Below are positions 24,192 through 36,100 of a stretch of DNA of 64,000 nucleotides, piece by piece (the first letter of the stretch is position 1; every line of letters begins with the position of its first letter). A model generated the notes under the pieces. The model ran no database searches, was not told the origin of the DNA, and saw only the letters and a list, made by a program, of their open reading frames with translations. Made by a program: the position numbers and the translations under genes. The DNA is from Eutreptiella sp. 'Long Island Sound 2002' (lineage: Eukaryota; Protista; Euglenida). Where the stretch lies: the NCBI GenBank assembly GCA_964036045.1, contig OZ038378.1, positions 175,708,001 through 175,772,000 on the forward strand. Reading direction: 5' to 3'.

Positions 24192-27100
24192 ATGAAGCGG
24201 AGCATTCGTCGGTCTCTCGCTACATCCCTCTTCTTCTCGGTACGAAAAATCTGACCTCCCCTGCCTTCACAACGGTTTTCGAGAAAAGGCCCAACGTGTG
24301 TGCAGGCGCCATCCAAATTCGAAGGTCCCAAATACCTAGCTTTCAAGCAACTCGTCCAAGGTGTTCTCGAAGATGCGGACAAGAAGCTTGCGACGTCACC
24401 CATGTCACCTCATGAACGACGCGTGTTCGGGATCGTTTTGCCACGCCCAGACGCTCGTCAACTCACGATGCAACCAACCCTGCAGCCGTCGATAACGTCA
24501 ACCACAAATGCGTATTTGAGGGCCATGCAGACGTTCATCTCTAAAGAGGAGCAAGTGTGTTCCCCAAGCGCGCCCTCGTGGTGTGTGTGGGATGGTGGGG
24601 GGTAACCGTGCCTATTGACGAGACTGGTGCACACGAGTCTCAATCGTGCTGCCTCGTGCGCAAACACCGTCCTACACACGTCCTTTTTCATCATAGATGA
24701 AGGTATCGAGATCTATTGATGAGTTTCTCAAGCCTGGTGGCGAAGGTGAGACGTTGTCCAAGCACTACCTAGACAACGCCAACGACGGCACCTGGTTCGA
24801 TAGGTGCGTGCGCGCGCTGCTCAACCGCCCATCGAGCGCGCAAGGGCATCAATCCAATGTGCGTCGCATCGGCCCATTCGTCACCAAGAGGGTATCCGCG
24901 TTTGACGCGCGTGTGTAAGTCTGTGCCACACACGTGCCTAGGACCACAGAGTGTGTGATGCATCATGTTGCCGTCATCTTGCCCGAGACTACGCTAGTTG
25001 CGCGTTGCTGTGCATGTGTCTTTGCAGGATCAATCTCGATCGACAGCTGGAACAACGGCATTCGCTCTTCTTGAGCGGCAGCCCAGTGATCCTACTCAAC
25101 CCCGACCCTGTTGCGTCACGGAACACGCAGCTTGAAAGGGCTGCCAAGCTGTGCTCAGCCATGCTGAACGTCAAGGTGTCATCAGCCTATGCCCCACAAA
25201 TACGAGCCGGGGATTTCTCTCTTTCAACACGGGGGTAACCCTTCGGGGGCAGTTGGATTGTTCCGGCATCCTGTCAGAGATTTGCACACACCATGTGTGA
25301 TTCCCATTGCGATTGATAACACACAAGTGGTTAGCCTCCGTCATTTCTTGTCTCCATTGATGGTTTTAACCAGAACAGTTTATGCTGCTCGTTACTCGGC
25401 GGGTAAGTTACCTTCGACCTCGGGAGCCATGCAGCGTGCACGCGGTGGGCCCATCCTTGCTCCCAGGTGGCCGTGGATCACGCTGAAGGCCTCCCAGGCA
25501 AGCGCAATGAGCGAGTGCGTGGATTCCAATGCTCCCCGATGCTGTTCAATTGCACGCAGACCCCGGGCGTGGACAAGGACAGCCTGAGCATCCATCACCG
25601 CAGCGGCCATATCTCGGTGGCGTACAACGATTTGTGGTGGTATTTCACGGCCATGCACCAGCACGACGGCAAACCGCACAGCACGTGCGAGGTGTGCTTT
25701 AAGGGGGTGCTTACCACGCCAGTTCCGCCAGGTCACACTTTGTGCGAGTGCACCTGGAGCCATGGACTACTTGCATGAGCACAGAGTGCCGCTGCGTTCT
25801 GGACGCTGCCTGGGTCCGGGGTGCGGGCTCTTGGCATATGCGTGGGGCGCAGGGGGATCGAGTTCAACCAACGAACACGTCAGTGCCCCCCCCCCCCCCC
25901 CCCCTAAAGGAATGGCAGCTGCTGTTACGCCTGGGGGAGTCGAGACTGCATCGCTGTTTGCGCTCCTGTAGAGCCGCGGGGCACTCCGCCATGGCAGAGT
26001 GTTTGCGCTCCGCACTGAAGAGTGTTGCCACGTGGACCCATAATGCGTTGGTGCCGCGACCCGCCACCGATGGAGAAACGGAAACGGTGGGCCAACACAG
26101 CGGCTTGGTGGATCTTCGTCAGTGGCGAGATGTCGATTGACGCCGCCAACTGCCAGGAGAGCAGCAACAGCTCAGGGCTTTGTCCCAAGCCTCCCCCTTC
26201 CCTCCAAGACAGCCATTGTCTCACCACTCGCCCCAACGTCATTGACCTTTTGTGCAGAATGGACCCCACCAATACTACCAACATTAGTCCTCCTGCCGGA
26301 ATCGATGATTGTGCCCCAGCCCCCTTTGGACCCTTCAGAACGAAAAGGGAGGAAGTCCCCCGGCCCCCAGGGACTCAGACCCAGGGGGAGCAGAGTGGGA
26401 GCAGGGGTCCCTTGTCCAGCGTGTGAGGGAAAGGCTAAGGGCGGTTGGGCTGTGGGATTTCCCCCCCACGACCACTTCATGCGCGCCCCCATCGAAGAGG
26501 CGAAGGCAGGGAAAGAAGGGAAGGGGAGGGAGGCCCGAGGAAGGGCGGGTCGCTGACGCTCGTGCCCCGGAGGGCCATCAATACATCAGTTCCGTCGTCA
26601 TCACCATCTGGATCATCATCCTCCTCCTGATCTTTATCACGATCGTCTTCAGGCCCAGTTTGAAGTGATGAACCAGACGTACGGAAAGCCTGTGTTGGCC
26701 TTGCACTTTTCATAAGGAGGAGGGTCGCCCCTCCCCTTTTCAACCAGACACCAGCCCTCCTCCACCTCCTTTGAAGCGCCCACCCCGACCCCCCCCGCAG
26801 AATAAATCCATGGCGTTCATTTCCAGCAACGGACGTTTGGGTTTGTGTCTCTGCAGATCGAAGACACGCTGCTGGCCTTGACGCAGGCCACGTCGCCGTG
26901 GGCGAACCGCACCTTGAGCCAGCTCATCGGAGGGGACGAGTCGCCCCCTGAACCGAACTCCGATGGGTCCCCCATGCTGGAGCCCGCCGCCGCGGGGCCA
27001 GAGGCGGATCGTGAGGCCACGCGCAGTGCGGAGCCGCTGAGCCCGGACAGCAGCGACGGCCGGCCGGACGCCTTTGGTCGGAAGGAGGTCAGCGCGGGGA

Positions 27101-30100
27101 CGTGCCTCGCATTGATGAGCGGCGAAGACCCAAGTCCCGCGATCGGGTCGCTGACGTGGCTTGCCCGAGACAAATGGGCCAAGGTCCGGAATCAGATGCT
27201 GGAGTTCCCGACAACAGCGCGCAGCCTGGACCGCATCGAGTCCTCCATCTTCACGCTCGTCCTCAGCCCCGAGTCCCCCGAGCCCGGGTCGCTGGAGGCG
27301 ATGCGGGTCATCGCGCATGGGACGGGGCGAGACCGCTGGGGGGACAAGGCGCTGACGCTGGTGGTGTGCGCGAACGGCGTTGCGGGCCTCGCAGGGAACG
27401 CGCTGGCGTACGACTACCAGCAGCTGCATGCGCTGGCCACGCAGGTCTGGCACGCCTCGAACAACGATGAGTCTGTGGCGGCGGACCGAGCAGAACGTAT
27501 CGAGCGCAGAGAGCGGTGCTGTGGTGCTTTGCAGGGGCGGTCCGTTCGGGGGTTCGGTTTGGTTGTCCGACCGCCGAAATGCATATCACTGGGGATCTGG
27601 CGAAGATGGTTGCGTTGTTTTCCGAATGGGCCTTGTCTAGGCATAGAATCTTCGTCTGACCGTCGTTTTTGCTGATTTCGCGCGTTCTTCCGCAGGGGGG
27701 CAGGGTATACCATTCCGCAGCCGAAATGATCCCTCAAAATGGACCTTTCTACATGAACTCAACATTGCACTGGGACCCCTGGCGTCATGATATTTTGCCC
27801 CTTTTTGTGCGTTGAGTTTTGTGTTTGACCTCTGACATCAAGCTCCCCCAACAATGGAGCCCGGTCGACCACGCCCCCTGGGCAGGATTTTGAGGCCTGC
27901 TCTGGGGATGAACGTTCACTGGCATTTGACGCCCGTTCGGCAATACAAATTGAAGTCGTCGACCTTCGTCATATCTCGTGTTCGGTGTTCATGGATGAGG
28001 TGGAGCGCAGCCTGCAGATCCATTCGCCTTCAGCCGCTCTTCGTCCAACCAATGCGTTGGCCTGGGTGGCTTGTCCATTGGCACATTCAGCGCACCGGGC
28101 CTGCGAGGGAAACATCTTGAGATCGGGGGAGGGGGGGGGGGGGGCATCGGAGCAAGGCGCCTGCACCTGCATTCCTGGAACAAGTTGAGCTGTGCAAAGA
28201 TTGCGTCAACTCACAGGCATTCCAGGGCTGACGTAATGCTGTTGTGTGGCTGTGCGTGGCGCCGGGTGGATTTCCCATAAAATAAAGATAAGAAAAAATG
28301 TTTGCGCAAGTGCGGCCGGAGTAGCCCAGACCTGGCGGACCAGCCTCTGAGTTGCCTTTTTACTGTTGCTCCGACCGCGATGCAGCATGTCGGCTGGCAC
28401 CCTCTGCCCCAGCACCACAGGAAGAGTGAGTTCCTGCGTCACACTCCCGACAAACATGAAGGAAGCCGCGTGTTTTCGCCAGTAAGTCACCATCATGGGT
28501 CGCGGGCCCATTTGTGGGCAGCAGATACTTTTCATAGGACCTCCACAAGCCGTTCTCCCTGCGGAACAAACACGTCTCGAACGGTGGATCCTCCAGTAAT
28601 CTGCAGCAATCTCCAGAAACCTCCAGCAATTTTCCGCAACCCGCAAAAATCCTCAAAAACCTCCAGTGCAACCCCCAGCAATGTTCGGCAACCTCCGGTG
28701 CAACCCTCTGACGCCTGATTCCAGAGAAAAAATAAATTTCTGAGACTTTTTTTTCAATCAATTTTAATGCCACAAGTACCTCGAAACCCCCCCCCCCATT
28801 TCAAGGGTTGGAGGAAAATGGGTTGCATCACACTTCGAGGGCAATTTGGATCACATACAAATGAAACAACATACTAGGACATCGCGCGCATTCTTGTCTG
28901 CACCTACAAAAAAATTTTCCTCTTTACGCGCACGTGTTTGATGCTTCTCACCCGCACTTCCTCTCTAGAGTGCAGAGACAGAAAGAGCAAAAGAAGGAGG
29001 AGGAGAGGCGACGGGAGGAGGAGAGAAGACGGGAGGAAGAGAGGCGAGAGCGCGAAGCAGAGGCCGAGGTTGAGGCGCAGAAGGGCAAAAAGGGGGCGAA
29101 GGGCAAGCCTAGCAAGCCCCCAGCCCCGCCCAAGAAGGGTGACGGGCTGCTGCCGCCGGGCCGCACCAGCATCGTATCGGCAGTAAGCGCCTACCATGAC
29201 GGGCTGCAGATGTTCAATTCGCAGCAGTCCGTCGTCGAGGAGGAAATTGAGGTTGCTGTGCCCCGTGGTCTGCGTCTCGGAGTTCTTGTCCCGCGAATCC
29301 TCTTTCCCTCGCGAGCAAGCCCGCTTTGTCGCCGATTCCGCCAGACCTCGAGGATTCGGGTTGAGAACGAGAAAGAAAGCCCCAACGGGCATTGTCCGGT
29401 TGAAGGGGGAAGTATCGGTTGTTGTGTACTGATGAATGGCGAAACAGAGGCCAGTGACGAAACACCAGCTATCACCGGCGGCTGAATGGCGAAACAACGA
29501 CAGATCCTCACTGAGCTCCAAGAGGCGCAGCATTGCAAGCTGGTAAAACAAGCGGTGGAGTAGCGAAGTGACGGTCATGGTTTTTCCGGGACGCAGGTTA
29601 CTTTATTCTCGGGCCCCATGTCTAAGGACAGCCTGAACCGCACGCGGTCGGCGCGCTCAACAAGCGCCCTTCTGGATTTTCCATCCCGCACGCAGTCCTT
29701 TTGCTGCTGCGCATTCTCTTGTGATGCTGCAATCTGCACCTGCATGTTTTTGCGCTGCGGCAATCCCCCGCTCCATCCCTCTGAAGAGGTGACACCTAAA
29801 GGGGGGTGGAGGGGGCGGGCCCACGCCTCCTCAGCGGTAAGTTGCAGTCAACCGGCAACAGTTGGTGGTCAACCGACACCTGCAGTATCACAAGAGCATG
29901 TGCACACAGACTACAGAAGAGGGCACATAGCGCAAGAGCTGGGTGTCCCTCCTGACGCAAGGCTGCAACAACAGGCCCGAGGACTGCAGCGCTCTGATGC
30001 ATAGCCCCCCTCCCTCACCTGTGCCCTTGTGCTTTCCAACCCCCTTCGGTGAGTAGTGAGCACCCACTGAACCTCACGGCTGGTTTGGGATGCATGTGAG

Positions 30101-33100
30101 GCCCGCGCCGGGAGGAAAGTGGACGCCGTGGGGGACAGAGCGCGCGGATGCAAGCAGTGGCACCAGGAGGCACATGGAGTACCCTTTTGTGACATTTTGA
30201 GCCAAATGGGTGAGTGCTGAGGGCCCTGGAGAAGCACGTCGATGTCGCTTTGCCTTGCGGACTGGTCAGGAAGCGGTGCGGAGATTTGCGTACGCAGGGG
30301 TGCGCGCAGCGGAACACATGGTACAACGAGGCACAGAGGGGAGGGCAACACCGCACGGGGCCCCTGGCATGGGCTTCCTTGCGACCAGCCCCCTTGCTGC
30401 ATCACCGAGGAGTTGGAAGAGCGGTCTTGCGAGGGCTTGGCTTGGGTTGGAATGCTTTAGGTTTTGGTATTTTGCACCCGTCAATGAAAAGGTGGAAGTA
30501 CGGTATCCTGCTGCGGCTCGGATTGGTCCCTGCCCTTGTTCGCAACGTCAGATAGGCTTGTCTCTCACCCGCCACCACAGTTTTCTTCAACTGCATTTCA
30601 TCCGCCGCCAATGCTTCACATAACCATACTGCAATAGGAGTTCAAACCCGAGTTCGGGACTTTGGAGTGGGACCTGTCGCTTGAAGTGCGCCAGGCTATC
30701 GCAGGGGCGCAACGCTCCTGCGACCGCTTGTTCTTGAAGGGCGAGGCTGACGAGATCAGTCTGGATCTCGGGGAGCGGCAGCTGCGCGCAGCGCAGGTCA
30801 TCCCGGCTGCAATCATGCAGTTGGCGGTATGTGTTGTGTGTTGTGTTGACGGCGGGTGTTTGTGTGGCTGTGGCTCCGTATTCCTGAGTGCTAATTGCCC
30901 AAATGCAGTGCCACATAACCAGTCTTGCTGCTGGCTCCACTGACCCAGCCAATGTGGATGGACTCCCCGTGGTACGCCAGCGGGAGAGCTGTTGTTGCCA
31001 AAGCAACCAAACTTGGACGGAAACACACATTTTCTGGTCCAAGTGTCAAGCCATTATGCCCCATTTAGCGGTTTTTTTTTTTGCGTGCTTGTATTTCCTA
31101 ACAGTTACAATTTTGCACGTGACATTTACACTGCTGCACACCTGCAGCATGCGGAGAGCATTCTCATGGACGTCGAACATGCTACTTTCACACATTTGCC
31201 ACCCTGTCAATGGTACGCAGTCATTTTGGGCTGTGATTTTGAGGTGGGGGGGGGCTGGGGGGCTAAATCCAGGTATGTGGGTAACCTTGAAATATACCTT
31301 GGGGGGTGCAGGACACACCATTCGCACACGGTGTGTGGGGATGTGCATAAGTTCCTGGTCCCTATTGTTTGACTTCGGCGCTGTCCTATGAGGTTCCTTT
31401 TAAACAATAGCTCTCAGGGACGGTTGCAATTATGCCAACACGGTGGGTTTTCAGGGGTCGCTGCCATTGTTGCCTCATTTGTGCCCACTGAGTGTCCCGT
31501 AGGGGTGGGTATAAGGGGTATATTCCGAAAGCCCTTGAAAAGGGGTATTTGGAACACCCCAGCTCTGCATGCTGTACTGACGATATGTTTGAGATTTTCA
31601 TCCGTTTTGGACGGTGCCTGTGTTTCTTGCTGCCTCTTTTGTCAGTAGCTACCATGTCCACATACAAATTCACGCCTCGTGCTGTTGCCACCCCCCATGC
31701 ACCAAAAAACCTTTGGTTCGCAAAAGGGCACGCTTTGGGGGTGTAAAGTGGGTGCAACCGACTCGGAACAAGCCTGGTAGCCGCGCTAAAAGGCCTCATG
31801 CTGCCATTTCGAAGCAACCTGCATGTACCCACAAGGAGCACCAAATTCTGTCTACTGCTGAGGCCACCGCTTTTGCAGCCCAGTTTTTGGTTTGTAAAGT
31901 GCACCCAACGAAGGGTTCACAGCAGGAGTTTCTGGCCACATGCATTGGCATTGATTTGGAGAAGCATGTCAAGCATGCACAGTGGCACAAATAAACTAGA
32001 AAGAGGGGGCATCAGACAACTTATTTCTTATCGTACCATATCTGGACCACCAGCAGACCCCTGTTTTGATCGGAGATGACACAATAAAATGGTTGGATTT
32101 CGGTATGACACCTGATCCTCAGAGCCCTCAGCCCCATCCTGGCTTTGTCTGGGTGAATCAGGGTACAGTGCATGGCGCAAGGTCCGGGTCACCAAACAGC
32201 GAAATGTGGACGTCACAACTGGCGGCCTGTGGGCCCTGCCTCTCAATACAGGGTGGGTGCCTGTGAAGGCACGCAGGCTGCAAGATTGGGAGCACGGGGG
32301 CTGGCCCTGGCCGGGACCCGACCCCAAAGGGAGGGGGGGGGGACCCCCCCCCCCTCTACGGACCCCAAAATTGTCGTACGGAACAATGTGCTTTGTCGGC
32401 GCCAGAGGCGCCGGAGTTTTTGTTTTAGGCATAGGGCAGGGGGAAATTTTTTTGTTCGACCCTATGTGTCTGCACTCAAAATACTCAGAATTTCGTGGAG
32501 AATTCAAAAATGGCTAAAAAGCACAAAAAAGGATTTTGACCCCGACCCGGCCTCCGGGTCGGACCTTGGCTGATGGGAGCCTGAGTTGATGGGCAAATTT
32601 TTTTTGAAAAAAATTTTTACCTCACATGTGCATATTCAAAATGATCAGCGTGTCATGGGGATCATTTTGAGGTATGTATGTTGGGGTACCCACCGACCCC
32701 CCCCGGGGGGCCCGGCGGCTGACCGCCCGACCCGCCGACCCCCAAGGTTTGGGTCAACCAAGGGGGGGGGAGGGGTCCCCCCCCCCCCCCCCCTACAGCC
32801 CCCCAAACTGTCGAACACCCCTCGGGGTCACACATTGGCTGGCGCCAGCCCCCGTGATTGGGAGAAATTGGACAAATATGTTCCCATTCACAAGCCCAGC
32901 GATGTGTGCTCCAATGAGGTCCCAGCCCTTGTGGAGGGGGACCACAATGGCAGCGATTCGCATTCGGAATAATCAGTGGGCCCCTGTCCATTGCTCCGTC
33001 CCATGCGTTGTCAAATTTCCAGCTCTGTGCTCAAAAATGTGAACACCTACCCCCCCCCCCCCACCACCAAGGCCTTGTGCCAACCCCCTCCCCCCCCCCC

Positions 33101-36100
33101 CCCCCAAACCCATACGTTTCTGAAACGGCCTTTCTCACAGATTTCAAAAAGTATCCCCCCCCCCAAGGGAACGACATTTTGGCGCATAGGACTAATGGTT
33201 CAAAAAACCCAGGAAAAGTGCCAAAACCCACCGAGTTGGCACATTATGAATGTCTCCGAGAGATATTTGAGTGCAGGGCAATTGTTCTGCAACCAGGAAG
33301 GTTTTGGTGCTTCATGCATTCGAATTCCATGCATGCTATTCCTATGCAACCATTGATTTCTCCACACTTATGGAAATCCCGGGATGGCGGATGTTATGTT
33401 GCCATATTGATTCCTGTCTGCTTATGGGTACCCTGAGCTGGCAGGGCATATGTTACGCGAGACCATTCCGGTCTTGTTGCGCATGGAGGAGTTTGTATCT
33501 GCCTTATCGCCCATGGCCACACGTCCCTGAGGGATGTTGGGCCATACCCGGTGGATAGTGTCCGTCTTTGCAAGGCGTTGGGCTGGCACACCTGATGCCC
33601 TTTTCCCCGCCCACCTGCACCAACACCCCAAAGGGGAATGGGGCACGGTGCGCGCAACTTGCGCACCGTTTGGGGCAACTACACGGCATTTGACCTCAGG
33701 TTCACCCTCACAGAAAAGCCCGGGACAGCACCATGGGCACAAGGTAACGACAAGGAAATGTCATCTAATCATGTTCTGAGAGTCTAAGCCACCAGTCTGC
33801 ATGCTTTGACTCCTCCGCGACCGCAGGTGCAGATGGCGTACTACAAAGTGCATAGTGCACCCTGTGTCGTCATGGAAGCCGTGAAGATGTTCCGGCAGGG
33901 TTCGATCCAGCACGTCCCCACGGTGACCCACCTGTCCACCAGTTTCTGCCGCGCCGCGTGTGGCATGGCCCGCCATGAGCACAGCCTCCAGGACATGAAC
34001 TCGCTGCTGGGCAATGCGGCCACGCAGCTCGCCCACGTGCTGCAGACTGCAGAGCGGTCGTTGTCGTGGTCCAGCCACCTGATGGCGTTGAATCAACTGT
34101 CCCAGGTCCTTGCCCTAGTGTCCCCGGTGCTCGTTTGCTGTCTGCGGTCTGGTTCACGTGCTGTGCTGCGCTCTTCCTTGAACCCATCAGTATCAAGGTT
34201 GTGCATCCGAATCACATACACACACGCCGAGGCATCCTCTGCAGGAGCGGGGGGGGGTCCTTCGTCAGGGAACAAGGTCGTGGGGAAAACTTAATTTTTC
34301 AGTTTGGTGTCGAAATTTTCCCCACGACAATTTGCGCAATTTGGGGCATTTCCTGCTCTTTGTGGATCCTCCGTGGCGGCGGTGGTCAGGTATTGTCGCG
34401 TTGTTGTGGGCAGTCAGTCTGTTTGTCACATCCGTTGCTTGGGAGTGAGAAGTTGCTCTTTGTTAATCTCTGATGAGTTGGTGTTGTTCAAATTTTGGGC
34501 CTGCCAAGTTGCACACAACTGATTGTCCACAAGGAACCGAGGGTTGGGGGTGTTGAAGTTTCCCGCGTCTGGTGGCCCTGCACCAAAATTGGAGGTGTGT
34601 CGAAATTTTCCCCTCACAAAGTCTTCCCCGCCGACATTGTCCCCAGACGAACCCCCCCCCCCCCCCCCCCGTGTATGTATGCCCTGTGCCCTTTGTATGC
34701 CATTTGTATGCCCCGAGGCATGCAAAGCCCGATTATGCCAACAAGAACCTCTGTCACGGGGGTGAAACTACCTCATGCCAACAGCAAGCCCTGTCACACC
34801 AACGACCGAGGGTAGGTTTTGGATGCACATGGCTTACAGAGGGCATGCACAGGGCACAGACAGACTCAGGGCACGACACGCACAGGGCATCCTGAGCTGC
34901 ACAGAAGTTGCACAGGGCATACAAACGGCATACAAAATAGACACCGGGCATGGAGAGGGCATGCAAAGGGCGCACACAAAGAACACACAGGGTCCACACA
35001 GGTCGTAGCTGCAACGCACCCGCCACGCACAGGGCCATGTCTGCGGCCCCCTGCGGATGCACGGAGTCGGTATACACTTTTCCAGGTCTTGACCTTCCGC
35101 GTGGCCACACAGCGTCAGGTGAAGGAGTGGTGGGCGCGTGACCACGACCAGGCAGAGGCCCGCAAAGAGGCCCGCGTCATGGCCCGGGCCAGGCAGGCAG
35201 AGCTGCTAAGGCAGCAGGAGGAAGAGCGCTTACGGGAGCTGGAGGCCGCGGCCGCGGCCAATCAAAAGGGGAAGGCCGCGAAGGGTAAGGCGCCCGACAA
35301 AGGCAAGAAAAACTCCCTTCGAGAGAATTCCTTTCAAGAGAAGAGCGTTGCCGCAGCGGCGGCGGCGCAGGCGGCAGCCGCGGAGATTGCTGATGTGCTG
35401 GCGGGCATCCCGCCCCCGAGGTATTCACGAGGGACCCGCGCCCCCCGGCCCAGGGATGCATCGACAGGGGCGCAATGTGCAGGGGGGACGACATCCCCCC
35501 GCAGAATTCCACTCCAGACCACGAGGGGGCGCACGTGATACCGCCAACTGCCAGACCCCCAACCGGTTTTGCAATTGTTTGAAGAAAAGGAGGGCTCCCG
35601 CTCGGGTCAAGGCGCCCCCCCCCCGCCCCTTTTGTGGTTCCAACAAAATTCCTTTTGGGGAAAATCAAATGTTGTAAATGAGAAATTTTTGGCCACAGGG
35701 CCTCAGGCTCTCGCCCTGCCCCGTTTCCACATTAAGCGTTTGGACAGCATTCATCAAAGAGCGGCTGCAGCCTGCAGTCGGGGCTTTTCCAAAGCACACG
35801 TACGCAGATGAAGCAGAGCTTGGCCTGCCGGTGGCCGCGAACGACCACCGGCACCTTCTTGTTTGCACGGAACAGCAGAGGAAAGAGCTGAAGAGGCCAC
35901 ACAGGCCCTGGCATAGTTTTTGGCAGTGATATACACGTGTGCTGCCGTCCTGTTTCTACGGACACTTAAGATCATGCCGATGACAACATGAACAGTTCTT
36001 CAGGGCAGCATACTTCAGTGGCTCAAGATGGAGCGCCCTGATTGGATGGCCATAAAAGCTGAAGGGCGGGGGCCAGGGAGGACCAAGGGCAAGGCGCAGG

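Noticed and set aside
35707-35800. Extra exon candidate (LSPCPVSTLSVWTAF...) in the acyltransferase-fold gene
   Set aside because: Not needed: 35420 joins 37020 in phase, and the 37020 exon matches the family C-terminus better. It remains possible as an alternative exon.
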